This document shows positions 9,896-18,234 of a stretch of DNA of 64,000 nucleotides, piece after piece. The stretch comes from a virus. The first letter of the stretch is position 1. Each line of letters starts with the position of its first letter. The position numbers were made by a program, and so were the translations under genes. The stretch is from the IMG/VR virus record IMGVR_UViG_3300046370_000603; one strand, written 5' to 3'. Under the pieces are notes generated by a model. That model had not been told where the DNA came from. It worked only from the letters and a program-made list of their open reading frames with translations, and searched no databases.

Positions 9896-10288
9896 ATGAA
9901 AATTTTAACCATATTAATCTTATCTGTCTTACCAATATTCGGTGCTATTAATCCTTTTGATGATATAGCAGAAATAAAAGCAAAAAAATTAGACATGAAG
10001 CGTCAAGTATATTTCTTTTGTGCTGATATAAATTGGGCTTGCCAACAAATGACTAGCTTATCAAAGAAATGGGATCCCCAACGCATGGGTATTGAATTCA
10101 CTCCACCGCCCCTTACCATGCCATTAAAAAGCCTACCCAAATATAAATGGCACACTAATAGCAAAAAATTTATTGATGTAATAAAAGAAATTGGTGATAA
10201 ATATAATTGTATTTGGGAATTTAAAGGTGGTAAAGTTATATTTAAATATGTCGAAAATAAATATATCAAAAATAAAGTTGACAAATAA
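9896..10288 (+). CDS. Hypothetical exported protein
   Basis: Signal-peptide-like MKILTILILSVLPIFG. Confidence 0.65.
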   Translation: MKILTILILSVLPIFGAINPFDDIAEIKAKKLDMKRQVYFFCADINWACQQMTSLSKKWDPQRMGIEFTPPPLTMPLKSLPKYKWHTNSKKFIDVIKEIGDKYNCIWEFKGGKVIFKYVENKYIKNKVDK

Positions 10289-10306
10289 CATATTATATTA
10301 TATAAT
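10278..10306 (+). promoter_or_regulatory. Consensus sigma70 promoter
   Basis: Exact TTGACA-N17-TATAAT; no ORF downstream until 10761. Confidence 0.8.
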
Positions 10307-10312
10307 GTATAT

Positions 10313-10733
10313 ATAAAATTGAGAAAGATAAACTCAAATAAATAAAATAATCTAAAATTTTTGTTCTTTATAGTATTGGTAGACCTCTCCGAGCAGTTGG
10401 AAATTGTTGGAGGCTCGGAGGGGTCGCTTAAATTTTGGAAGGGCTTATAATCCTTCCTGTGGGTGACCCGAATAAGCCTGTCGTGAGCGGGCTAAGGTAT
10501 GCAAATTCCCTGTGGTGGGGCGGTAGAGTTCAATCGAATGAGCCGATGACAAATACCATGTCTAATTTGTAGTTGGAAGTAGGTACACCATGAACTGATG
10601 TTCACGCCGAAAACTTGAAGGTATACAGTAATCCTTCCCCACACTCTATTTATCATCCCCCACCCCAACCCTTCTCGGTAACTGCCTAGTAATATCCCAT
10701 TACTAACCGAGAAGGGTTTTTTGTTTTGACAAC
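10313..10733 (+). ncRNA. Putative structured ncRNA, class unknown
   Basis: GC-enriched ORF-free tract between a consensus promoter and an intrinsic terminator, with several helices (see findings). Confidence 0.6.
10667..10731 (+). terminator. Intrinsic terminator-like hairpin
   Basis: AACCCTTCTCGGT...ACCGAGAAGGGTT followed by T-tract. Confidence 0.7.
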
Positions 10734-10760
10734 TGCGTTTTTATTTATTATAGTATACTC

Positions 10761-11015
10761 ATGAAAACATTAAAAGACATACTATCAAATTACGGGTACA
10801 TCAACAGCAATCAACTTAAGGAGATAGCAGAGCACTTTCCTGCGTTCAGGGTGGTAATAAAATGGAGCGGGCTCCCCCGCGAGCGTCTTCCAGCCTGGGA
10901 GGCAATATCTAGAATCAAATCTGTAGAGGATCAAGATATCGATTACTGTAGAGAAGTATTTATATCAGGTAAAGAATATAATATATTACTAGACGCCTTT
11001 AATATTGCAAAATAA
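10761..11015 (+). CDS. Hypothetical protein
   Basis: TTGACA-N17-TATAGT-N6-ATG. Confidence 0.7.
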   Translation: MKTLKDILSNYGYINSNQLKEIAEHFPAFRVVIKWSGLPRERLPAWEAISRIKSVEDQDIDYCREVFISGKEYNILLDAFNIAK

Positions 11016-11037
11016 AAATAAATAACAAAAATATATT

Positions 11038-11100
11038 ATGGAAATAATACTCGTATTAACGGTAGCCCTAGGAGTAAAAATGTTATTAGATGAAATATAA
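11038..11100 (+). CDS. Putative 20-aa hydrophobic peptide
   Basis: MEIILVLTVALGVKMLLDEI, before terminator. Confidence 0.35.
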   Translation: MEIILVLTVALGVKMLLDEI

Positions 11101-11165
11101 AAATAAATAAAATATAAAGTAAATAAATAAATGATGAAATAAATTTGATTATGATTACCTCCTTG

Positions 11166-11194
11166 ACCCCCACTGTAACAGGTGGGGGTTTTTT
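11166..11194 (+). terminator. Intrinsic terminator
   Basis: ACCCCCAC-loop-GTGGGGGT plus T-tract, just before repeat R1. Confidence 0.8.
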
Positions 11195-11216
11195 GTTGCA
11201 CAATTCTACTGTTTCA

Positions 11217-11288
11217 TAAGTCTTTAATTATCAAGCACTTGCGAGCGCGGCTGCCGTGCTACATAAGTCCTTGATTGACAAGCTTTTA
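11217..11288 (+). repeat. Nested-palindrome repeat R1 (25+22+25)
   Basis: TAAGTCTTTAATTATCAAGCACTTG-CGAGCGC GGCTGCC GTGCTACA-TAAGTCCTTGATTGACAAGCTTTTA. Confidence 0.92.
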
Positions 11289-11314
11289 CAAAAGCATTTT
11301 TATTTACTTTTTAT

Positions 11315-11343
11315 TTGACAGAAACTAAAAATTAGTTTAGTTT
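11315..11343 (+). promoter_or_regulatory. Cassette promoter (leaderless)
   Basis: TTGACA-N17-TAGTTT-N6-ATG 11350. Confidence 0.75.
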
Positions 11344-11349
11344 TATATT

Positions 11350-11538
11350 ATGCAAGAGACAATAGATATTACACCAACATGGTCAGCACTCATTCTTCCG
11401 ATGATTGAGGTGTTGAAGAACCCAAAAGCAGGATACGAAGACAAGCAAAATGTTATATTTGAATTAAAGCGTTTGGCTAAAATCGTTGACGACCAAAACG
11501 CAAAGATCAAAGCAAATGACAAAAACAAAACTAATTAA
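11350..11538 (+). CDS. Hypothetical protein
   Basis: First gene after R1. Confidence 0.7.
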   Translation: MQETIDITPTWSALILPMIEVLKNPKAGYEDKQNVIFELKRLAKIVDDQNAKIKANDKNKTN

Positions 11539-11650
11539 AGAAATTTTAGATCAAATGAATTATCTAAGCCCACGAGAATTGATGAAAATTTTCGAGATGA
11601 TTTATGGTCAAGGAGAAGTTGAACTAAAAGAAGTAGATTGGAGTAAGTAA
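11516..11650 (+). CDS. Small hypothetical protein (44 aa)
   Basis: MTKTKLIKEILDQMNYLSPREL... fills gap; TAATG overlap with next gene. Confidence 0.55.
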   Translation: MTKTKLIKEILDQMNYLSPRELMKIFEMIYGQGEVELKEVDWSK

Positions 11651-11874
11651 TGACATTATCAGAATCAATTATGGACATCGTTAGAGGCAACCTCGCATGG
11701 TCAGACCCCATGTCAACAGTTTGCCTCGATCAACATGAGCGTCACCCCGAAAAGTTTCCAAAGGGTAGCTCGTTTCAAACTGAAGATGAATCTTTAGCAG
11801 ACATCATTCGAGACTTGACATTATTACAAAATGAGCTTAGGATAGAATCATCTTTTCAATCAGCACAACTATAA
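11650..11874 (+). CDS. Hypothetical protein
   Basis: Coupled ORF. Confidence 0.65.
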   Translation: MTLSESIMDIVRGNLAWSDPMSTVCLDQHERHPEKFPKGSSFQTEDESLADIIRDLTLLQNELRIESSFQSAQL

Positions 11875-11888
11875 CACAAGGAAAAATC

Positions 11889-12104
11889 ATGACAACAGTA
11901 TTAGACACACCCGAACAAATCGAAATGTTTCGCTACAAAACTCTTCTTAAAGGGTTAAGGCTCGAGACTTTAGGAATGCAAATGAGCAGGGGCAAATCTT
12001 GCTATTCTATCATCAAACAAGAGTTCGGTCTCAAAGGTAGCAAGCAAAAAGTTTTCGATCAATTCAAATTAATGTTAGAACAAGTAAACGAAAGGGCAGT
12101 ATAA
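11889..12104 (+). CDS. Hypothetical phage protein
   Basis: Coupled ORF; LKGLRLE..GMQMSRG.S.Y. Confidence 0.7.
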   Translation: MTTVLDTPEQIEMFRYKTLLKGLRLETLGMQMSRGKSCYSIIKQEFGLKGSKQKVFDQFKLMLEQVNERAV

Positions 12105-12316
12105 TGACAGCATCACAAGTAGAAGCGAGAGTAGAAAGTTGGAATTGGAATATGAATATCTTTGAGATTTATGATGAACTTAGAGATGGACATTCAGCAA
12201 AAGATCAAGAAAATTTACTTTCTTTTGCCTATCGTTATTTTAACAAAGACAAAATGATTTTAGAGCTTGCCTCTCATTTTGGAATCTATAACATAGAGGA
12301 TGATAACAATGAATAA
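12104..12316 (+). CDS. Hypothetical protein
   Basis: TAATG-coupled ORF. Confidence 0.65.
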   Translation: MTASQVEARVESWNWNMNIFEIYDELRDGHSAKDQENLLSFAYRYFNKDKMILELASHFGIYNIEDDNNE

Positions 12317-12551
12317 TTACATAGAAGCAACCTGCATCGGCAGTCCACTAGGTTTGCCCGAATACAATGAAGATACTGAGCAATGGGAAGTATTTTTTGA
12401 AGAATCAGAAACGCCTTGGTTTCCATACGATATTCCAAGAGACATTCTATCCGTGAGCTTTGAGTCGGCAGATTTGGCTTGCGATGTTTACAATCACTAC
12501 AACCAAAACCCCGTAAAAGAAGAAACTCAAGATGAAGAAATTACTAATTAA
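12309..12551 (+). CDS. Hypothetical acidic protein
   Basis: Overlapping ATG 12309. Confidence 0.65.
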   Translation: MNNYIEATCIGSPLGLPEYNEDTEQWEVFFEESETPWFPYDIPRDILSVSFESADLACDVYNHYNQNPVKEETQDEEITN

Positions 12552-12765
12552 AATTTATCGCTTTTTTAATCCGCTATACCAAGTGGTTTATCAAACCAAA
12601 GATGGTAGAACCGAAATGTACACAATTACAAAACCTATGCACGAAAATGAATTCGGCAACCAACAAGAGGGAAAAGATGTCGTTGGCTTCAGATCTTTTT
12701 GCGTGAATAAAGATGGTATCAGATCTTTTCGTTATGACCACATTGTATCCCTAACCAAAATCTAA
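12532..12765 (+). CDS. Possible WYL-like domain protein
   Basis: Y.TKDG...and C-terminal RSFRYDHIVSL resemble the WYL/Sm-fold signature. Confidence 0.5.
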   Translation: MKKLLIKIYRFFNPLYQVVYQTKDGRTEMYTITKPMHENEFGNQQEGKDVVGFRSFCVNKDGIRSFRYDHIVSLTKI

Positions 12766-12767
12766 TT

Positions 12768-12929
12768 ATGAAGAAAGAAATACAAAATAAAAATACCCTA
12801 CAAGAGAGCTTGAGAAGATTTGGGCATATGCTTGCCATGCGTGAGCAGCGCGGCGATAATTCAACGGAATACAAAAAGAAACAGGCTATGCACGAATCTA
12901 TGCTAAGAAAGCTTTACAACCAATCGTAA
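12768..12929 (+). CDS. Small hypothetical protein (53 aa)
   Basis: MKKEIQNKNTLQESLRRF...; its TAA stop is the first 3 nt of R2. Confidence 0.6.
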   Translation: MKKEIQNKNTLQESLRRFGHMLAMREQRGDNSTEYKKKQAMHESMLRKLYNQS

Positions 12930-12998
12930 GTCATTGATGCTCAGCCACTTAGGTGGCGGGCTGCCGTGCTACATAAGTCCTTGATTGACAAGCGTTTA
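12927..12998 (+). repeat. Nested-palindrome repeat R2
   Basis: TAAGTCATTGATGCTCAGCCACTTA-GGTGGCG GGCTGCC GTGCTACA-TAAGTCCTTGATTGACAAGCGTTTA. Confidence 0.92.
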
Positions 12999-13060
12999 AA
13001 AATTTAAAATTATTTAACTTTTTTCTTGCAGTAATTAAAAAAATTGCTTAGTATGTTTAC

Positions 13061-13474
13061 ATGATACTAAGAAACCAACAAGATCCACGATACACAATCA
13101 AAAAGAATCGTCCCGTATATGTTTACAAGAATCTACATAAAGATTGTTGGAGCATCAAGCAACATGGATTAGTAAAAGCTCACATTCCAAAGGATCATGC
13201 TATTGGATTATGGGATTGCTATTTTCATGTCGATGCCAAAGGCAGAGAAAAAGTTCTTCGTGAGAAGCGTAAGAATGTTCATGCTTTTGTCAAGGGCTAC
13301 CTTCAAGATGCTGAGAATGTATCTCGCAATCCCCAAGTTGTCACCAGGAAAGTCGAGGTAACATATAATCCTTACAAGTATGAGACTTTTGTCGAGAAGG
13401 ATACCGAAAAGTTTGCGTACTATGCAGACGAAGTTTTATTAACACACAACAAAGTAACCGCTTATATGTCATGA
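13061..13474 (+). CDS. Conserved-looking phage hypothetical protein
   Basis: YKNLHKDCWS...GREKVLREKRKNVHAFV motif; TTGCAG-N17-TAGTAT-N6-ATG. Confidence 0.75.
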   Translation: MILRNQQDPRYTIKKNRPVYVYKNLHKDCWSIKQHGLVKAHIPKDHAIGLWDCYFHVDAKGREKVLREKRKNVHAFVKGYLQDAENVSRNPQVVTRKVEVTYNPYKYETFVEKDTEKFAYYADEVLLTHNKVTAYMS

Positions 13475-13626
13475 ATATTACAACAGCATTAGAAATTGTA
13501 TTAGACCTAGCCAATCAAAATGTTATTGACGATCCTGAAATGAAAGAGGAGGCATCAAAACAAAATGAAGCTATTGAATGGGTTGCATATTATTTAGAAA
13601 ATTTTATAAAGAAAGGTAAACATTAA
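13471..13626 (+). CDS. Small hypothetical protein (51 aa)
   Basis: ATGA-coupled, MNITTALEIVLDLANQN... Confidence 0.6.
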   Translation: MNITTALEIVLDLANQNVIDDPEMKEEASKQNEAIEWVAYYLENFIKKGKH

Positions 13627-13627
13627 A

Positions 13628-13831
13628 ATGAAAGAAGAATTATACTCAATTAAAACCGCCATTGACGGACTCAGCGATGAGATACTAGAACATCGCAGAC
13701 ACGCAAACATGGACGACCTCGTCAAGGTAATGAAGAATATCAACGACAATCTTGTTGCAATTAGTTTCGACTTAAAAGATCTAGTTGAAGCAAAAAAGTT
13801 TCAAAATGAGTTGACAACCGCACTCAGATAG
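13628..13831 (+). CDS. Hypothetical coiled-coil protein
   Basis: Stop lies 1 nt before R3. Confidence 0.65.
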   Translation: MKEELYSIKTAIDGLSDEILEHRRHANMDDLVKVMKNINDNLVAISFDLKDLVEAKKFQNELTTALR

Positions 13832-13832
13832 G

Positions 13833-13904
13833 TAAATCCTTTATAGTCAGTCACTTAGGTGACGGGCTGCCGCGCGATCTAAGTGCTTGATATTCAACGA
13901 TTTA
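13833..13904 (+). repeat. Nested-palindrome repeat R3
   Basis: TAAATCCTTTATAGTCAGTCACTTA-GGTGACG GGCTGCC GCGCGATC-TAAGTGCTTGATATTCAACGATTTA. Confidence 0.9.
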
Positions 13905-13967
13905 AAAAAATCAAAATTACTTAACTTTTTTCTTGCTATAATTAGGTATTTAGCCTACTATGTATAT

Positions 13968-14084
13968 ATGAAAGCGAGAGAGATAAAGATCAGAAAACCA
14001 ATTCTTTTTACTAAGTCCCGCCCGCACAAAGTTAAAAACAAGACAATCCACAGAAAACTCAAACATAAGGAATTATTAGCATGA
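13968..14084 (+). CDS. Small basic protein (38 aa)
   Basis: Start moved to ATG 13968 (TTGCTA-N17-TACTAT-N6-ATG); K/R/H-rich. Confidence 0.6.
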   Translation: MKAREIKIRKPILFTKSRPHKVKNKTIHRKLKHKELLA

Positions 14085-14308
14085 ATATCAGCGAAGACTA
14101 TTTAGACAATGAAAACCCAAATGCAGACGAAGTAATGACTCGAGCCATGAGTTGGCTTTGGAAACACTTCATTGAACCTAACACAGATCACATTACAGAA
14201 GAACAAGCTGAAATGCTTACAATGATTGGCGTTAGCTTTAAAATGATTGCAGAACAAGCTGATGCTTACGATCAAACTTTTGAAGAAAGTCCATATTTAA
14301 ACAATTAA
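14081..14308 (+). CDS. Hypothetical protein
   Basis: ATGA-coupled. Confidence 0.65.
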   Translation: MNISEDYLDNENPNADEVMTRAMSWLWKHFIEPNTDHITEEQAEMLTMIGVSFKMIAEQADAYDQTFEESPYLNN

Positions 14309-14346
14309 CTCTTGACAAAAAACATTATAACTATTATTATACTATC

Positions 14347-15219
14347 ATGAATACAGAAGAAAACAACATTAACGCTCCTCGCAAATCCGTAAACTTACAC
14401 ATTTGTGGAGGTAATCGTACTTTAGTAGATTTTGATCAAGTGCAAGCAGTACCAACTCCTTTGGCAACCATGCGTAGCAAACCAAACAAAAGAACAGGTG
14501 AGCTTGCTGTTTCTCATCAGCCAATCGCTCATGATGAGCTTATCGTTCGCACTAGAGAATCTTTAACTCAAAAAGGTTTTGCTATTCAAGATGAAGTTCA
14601 CTCTCTCGCTAGAGGCGATCAGCACTATTTCGGTTTATTTGCCGTAGATCATCCTAATCGAGTTGCAACTGATCGTGGTTGCGTTGTGGGCGTTCGTAAC
14701 TCTCACGACAAAACATTCCCCGCAGGACTTTGTGCAGGTGATGCTCCATTCGTTTGCGATAATTTAATTTTTACCAATACCATTAAACTTGCTCGCAGAC
14801 ATACTCGCAACATTCTCAACGATCTTGACTTTATGATCAATCGTGCTTTGGGTAAGTTGTTCGGATTTTGGCATGGACAAGATCAAAGAATTGAAGCCTA
14901 CAAAGATCGTTCTATCGGCAATGTTCTTGCTCACGATCTAATCATCAAAGCGGTTCGTGCAGGTGCTTTACCAAAATCTAAAATTCTTGATGTTGCAGAT
15001 CAATGGGAATCAAGCGATCATGTTGAATTTAAGGATCGCAATGTCAATTCTCTTTATAATGCTTTCACCGAAATTTACAAAGGCAACTTAGTTGCCTTGC
15101 CAAATCGCTCGGATGCTCTTCATTCTGTTCTTGACAACTATGTTGATTTTAATATCGACAACCATGTTGAAAATACTCTTGATATGGAAGTTGTTGAAGG
15201 CGAATTGGTTGAAGTTTAA
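14347..15219 (+). CDS. DUF932/DUF945-family protein
   Basis: RNSHDKT..AG...G...FVCDNL.F and RRHT motifs, LYNAFTE near C-terminus. Confidence 0.75.
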   Translation: MNTEENNINAPRKSVNLHICGGNRTLVDFDQVQAVPTPLATMRSKPNKRTGELAVSHQPIAHDELIVRTRESLTQKGFAIQDEVHSLARGDQHYFGLFAVDHPNRVATDRGCVVGVRNSHDKTFPAGLCAGDAPFVCDNLIFTNTIKLARRHTRNILNDLDFMINRALGKLFGFWHGQDQRIEAYKDRSIGNVLAHDLIIKAVRAGALPKSKILDVADQWESSDHVEFKDRNVNSLYNAFTEIYKGNLVALPNRSDALHSVLDNYVDFNIDNHVENTLDMEVVEGELVEV

Positions 15220-15242
15220 AAATTGGTTTGTCGTTTCGTTTT

Positions 15243-15270
15243 GCTCCCCCGATTGGGGGAGCTTTTTTTT
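15243..15270 (+). terminator. Intrinsic terminator
   Basis: GCTCCCCC-GATT-GGGGGAGC plus T8, just before R4. Confidence 0.85.
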
Positions 15271-15289
15271 GGAATGATTTAGGCTTTTG

Positions 15290-15361
15290 TAAGTCTTTGG
15301 TTATCAAGCACTTAGGGGCGCGGCTGCCGCGCGCCATAAGTCGCTGATGTTCAACGATTTA
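15290..15361 (+). repeat. Nested-palindrome repeat R4
   Basis: TAAGTCTTTGGTTATCAAGCACTTA-GGGGCGC GGCTGCC GCGCGCCA-TAAGTCGCTGATGTTCAACGATTTA. Confidence 0.92.
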
Positions 15362-15423
15362 AGAATGTCATTTTAGTTCATTTTTTTCTTGCGTTAAATT
15401 GTTTTTTTTGCGATAGTGTAACC

Positions 15424-15630
15424 ATGAAAAGAATAGTAAAAATCTTAATGGAGCGTGACGGGCTTTCCCGCGAAGACGCTATTCACCAAACCGCAACTTT
15501 TTTCCGTGAAATGTCTGAAGACATTGCAATGGGTGGTGATCCATTCGAATGGGAAGAAACATTTACCAGTGAGTTTTCTCTAGAACCAGATTTTTTTGAA
15601 GATCTTATTTTTTCGCTTGCAATTGCATAA
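15424..15630 (+). CDS. Hypothetical phage protein
   Basis: ILMERDGLS.EDA...FSLEPDF; TTGCGT-N17-GATAGT-N6-ATG. Confidence 0.7.
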   Translation: MKRIVKILMERDGLSREDAIHQTATFFREMSEDIAMGGDPFEWEETFTSEFSLEPDFFEDLIFSLAIA

Positions 15631-15651
15631 AAATTTGGTTAGTTTTATATT

Positions 15652-16377
15652 ATGAATCTATTATCAAACCCATCTAAAATGCCTTGCTTAGGCTTTAACA
15701 TTCCCGCTTTCAAGTATTGCCCTGCAGCTCAACTCATGGCAAAGGTCAAGGACAAAGCAAAAAAGTTTATTTGTGATGCTTGTTATGCTTGCAAAGGTTT
15801 TTATATGTTTAACAATGTCAAACAAAGTTTGCAAGACAAGGCAAATTTTGTCACCAAGTCTTTACATCGAGACAATGGGCAAACTTTTGTAAATGAGATA
15901 TCCAAGCAAATCAAGGCAAAGTATTTTGACAAGCAAGGCAACAAAAAAGTTTTAAAGAATGTCAACACAGATCTTTTTCGTGTTCATGATTCAGGAGATC
16001 TTTTTTCCCCAAAGTATATCGAGGCATGGATTAAGATTTGCGAAAATTTTCCTTCAATTCGCTTTTGGTTTCCAACTCGTGAGTGGGCAAGAGATAGTCA
16101 ATTGCCTTCACTTCGCAAGCTCGCAAGTTTAAAGAATGTTTGCTTAAAACCAAGTGCTTTATATGTTGATGAACCCGCTCCACAAATCGATGGTCTAGAT
16201 GCGGGAACTTCCGTCTATAGCTCAAAAGAGAAAGCTGAGCAAGACGGGCATTTTGTTTGTCCCGCAACTTATGTTAAGGGCGAAGACGGCAAGGTTCTTG
16301 CAACTTGTAAAGCTCATAATTGCAACTTATGTTTTATCAAAGGATGCAAAAAAGGTATTGCATATTTAGCTCATTAA
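15652..16377 (+). CDS. GP88-family (radical-SAM-like) protein
   Basis: SKMPC..FNIPA..YCP...CDACYACKG.Y and FRVHDSGD motifs; C-terminal C..CNLC. Confidence 0.7.
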   Translation: MNLLSNPSKMPCLGFNIPAFKYCPAAQLMAKVKDKAKKFICDACYACKGFYMFNNVKQSLQDKANFVTKSLHRDNGQTFVNEISKQIKAKYFDKQGNKKVLKNVNTDLFRVHDSGDLFSPKYIEAWIKICENFPSIRFWFPTREWARDSQLPSLRKLASLKNVCLKPSALYVDEPAPQIDGLDAGTSVYSSKEKAEQDGHFVCPATYVKGEDGKVLATCKAHNCNLCFIKGCKKGIAYLAH

Positions 16378-16392
16378 TCTATAATTAAAGCC

Positions 16393-16572
16393 ATGAATGA
16401 AGAAACTTATTTTGACTCAGCCCAAGGAATTGACATTTCACAAGATCGTGCCTTAGAAGAATTAGCCAGGCACGGCATTACTTCCAGTGAGGAAATTATT
16501 GAATTTTTTGAAGACATGGGCGACAAGGAAGGGTATTCAGCCCAAAAAGTTCTTGAGTGGTTAGGCTACTAA
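16393..16572 (+). CDS. Small hypothetical protein (59 aa)
   Basis: MNEETYFDSAQG...VLEWLGY; TAA stop is first 3 nt of R5. Confidence 0.65.
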   Translation: MNEETYFDSAQGIDISQDRALEELARHGITSSEEIIEFFEDMGDKEGYSAQKVLEWLGY

Positions 16573-16641
16573 AGCCTTGACTATCAAGCACTTAGGGGCG
16601 CGGCAGCCGCGCAAGCTAACTGCCTGTTAGCCAACGACTTA
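16570..16641 (+). repeat. Nested-palindrome repeat R5
   Basis: TAAAGCCTTGACTATCAAGCACTTA-GGGGCGC GGCAGCC GCGCAAGC-TAACTGCCTGTTAGCCAACGACTTA. Confidence 0.9.
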
Positions 16642-16703
16642 CACAAGCATTTTTATTTAACTTTTTTCTTGCGTTAATTGTAGAAAGAGTTTAATGTGTT
16701 TAT

Positions 16704-17099
16704 ATGATTAACTACGACATACCAAACTCAATCTCACAATTCAACCCAAAACCTTCTATGTTAGATTTTGACGATCTAGATTTTCAACCACATCGTGGTG
16801 CTGATGATGCAGTCCAAGCAAGACTTGACTTTGGCAACGGGCTAGAAATTTCTGTTGTTGCAAGTAAAGATGGCAGAGCAGGATTATATGGTAGTGTGGA
16901 GGAAGATTTGTACGAAGTTGCAGTTTTTTACAACAATGAAATGATTCCGCTTTCTCGTTCTGACGATGTTGTTGGCTGGCAATCTCCTGCTCAAGTATCT
17001 ATCCTAATGGCGAAAGCTCAATCCGAAGGAAGCGTTTGGGTTGATGAGCTAATTGCAGACAAAGCAGAATTTAGAAGAGATTTAGGGCTTGACGACTAA
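16704..17099 (+). CDS. Conserved-looking phage hypothetical protein
   Basis: FDDLDFQPH...FGNGLEISVV...YG...LYEVAV...DDVVGW. Confidence 0.7.
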   Translation: MINYDIPNSISQFNPKPSMLDFDDLDFQPHRGADDAVQARLDFGNGLEISVVASKDGRAGLYGSVEEDLYEVAVFYNNEMIPLSRSDDVVGWQSPAQVSILMAKAQSEGSVWVDELIADKAEFRRDLGLDD

Positions 17100-17123
17100 A
17101 CCAAACTAAACTATATTATTACT

Positions 17124-17387
17124 ATGACAGAAGAACAAAGACTCGCAGTTATCGCTAACGCATATCGTGAATCCAAAGGTTTGCCAACTAATTCCTCAGT
17201 ATTAGAATTAGTCGCAGACTTACAAGCAGAACAATTGGTTGTCGAGCATGGATTGAAAGATGTTGAAAGAGATGACATTACAGATGAAACTCAGTTCTTA
17301 CTTACTGATGTCGCTGAAGATATTGATGAGGAAGATGAAGAAATCGGATTATCCGATGAAATGAAAGGAATATATTATGATAGTTGA
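17124..17387 (+). CDS. Hypothetical acidic protein
   Basis: TTGACG-N17-TATATT-N6-ATG. Confidence 0.7.
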   Translation: MTEEQRLAVIANAYRESKGLPTNSSVLELVADLQAEQLVVEHGLKDVERDDITDETQFLLTDVAEDIDEEDEEIGLSDEMKGIYYDS

Positions 17388-17454
17388 ATTGTTTTTATTA
17401 TCGCCTTGGCTTCTTGTTTTTTATATTATGTGGAAAGATATGATAGAAGAATGA
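17377..17454 (+). CDS. Putative 25-aa hydrophobic peptide
   Basis: MIVELFLLSPWLLVFYIMWKDMIEE, overlaps previous stop. Confidence 0.4.
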   Translation: MIVELFLLSPWLLVFYIMWKDMIEE

Positions 17455-17507
17455 TGCCAATTTTAATTATATTATCGATTCTACTTTATCTTTATATCCA
17501 AGACTAA
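17451..17507 (+). CDS. Putative 18-aa hydrophobic peptide
   Basis: MMPILIILSILLYLYIQD, ATGA-coupled. Confidence 0.35.
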   Translation: MMPILIILSILLYLYIQD

Positions 17508-17573
17508 ATTTCTCAAATAGCAAATAACTTTTTTTAGTAGTATTAGTTGAAGTTGTTGGATTAGCCCTCGTCC

Positions 17574-17645
17574 TAAGTGATTGATAATCAAGCACTTAGG
17601 GCGGGCGGCTGCCAAATTCATAAGTCCTTGATTATTAAGGATTTA
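17574..17645 (+). repeat. Nested-palindrome repeat R6
   Basis: TAAGTGATTGATAATCAAGCACTTA-GGGCGGGC GGCTGCC AAATTCA-TAAGTCCTTGATTATTAAGGATTTA. Confidence 0.92.
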
Positions 17646-17697
17646 TTTTTTTTATTTTTTTCTTGCAAGTTTTATTTTTTTATAGTAGTTTACTTTT

Positions 17698-17892
17698 ATG
17701 GATAATCAACAAGACTCTCTCGAAAACATTGCTCACGCCTACGGCATCACTGATGCTGATCTTGATGAACGCGAATCTGTGCTTGCTCAAATAGCACAGG
17801 AAGAACTTGAAGAGTATGACCGCCAAGCTCTCAAAAAATTCTCTGAAAACGAGGATTTTGACTGGGGTTATCACGCCCAATGGGATTTCTAA
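17698..17892 (+). CDS. Hypothetical acidic protein (single-gene cassette)
   Basis: TTGCAA-N17-TAGTTT-N6-ATG; TAA stop is first 3 nt of R7. Confidence 0.7.
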   Translation: MDNQQDSLENIAHAYGITDADLDERESVLAQIAQEELEEYDRQALKKFSENEDFDWGYHAQWDF

Positions 17893-17961
17893 CTCGTTGG
17901 TAGTCAGTCACTTAGGTGACGGGCTGCCGACAAGCTTAAGTCTTTGATTATCAAGCTTTTG
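17890..17961 (+). repeat. Nested-palindrome repeat R7
   Basis: TAACTCGTTGGTAGTCAGTCACTTA-GGTGACG GGCTGCC GACAAGCT-TAAGTCTTTGATTATCAAGCTTTTG. Confidence 0.9.
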
Positions 17962-18023
17962 CAAAAGCATTTTTATTTACTTTTTTTCTTGCGTATTTTA
18001 AAATTTTGTTCTAGTGTGTATAC

Positions 18024-18230
18024 ATGAAACATTCAGAAAGTGGAACTCGCAAAGTGTTAAAACAATTACGGAAATGTCCTGAAATCGAAAAGATTCGTGA
18101 GACTGCAAGTGGGCATATGATCCTTGCTAGAAATGGAGAGCAGTATCTCGCCCATTTTAGTGCAAGAGCATTTCACCCATTGCGTAGATGGTTAAAAAGA
18201 AACACTTCATTAAAAACATTAAAATTCTAA
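18024..18230 (+). CDS. Small basic protein, possibly HicA-like fold
   Basis: 68 aa, helix followed by RETASGHMIL (G-H motif); weak similarity by eye. Confidence 0.5.
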   Translation: MKHSESGTRKVLKQLRKCPEIEKIRETASGHMILARNGEQYLAHFSARAFHPLRRWLKRNTSLKTLKF

Positions 18231-18234
18231 AATT

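Noticed and set aside
10500-10620. Hammerhead ribozyme from CTGATG...GAAA
   Set aside because: The core needs CTGATGA and three flanking stems. Here CTGATG sits in a TGAAC/GTTCA hairpin and is followed by TT.
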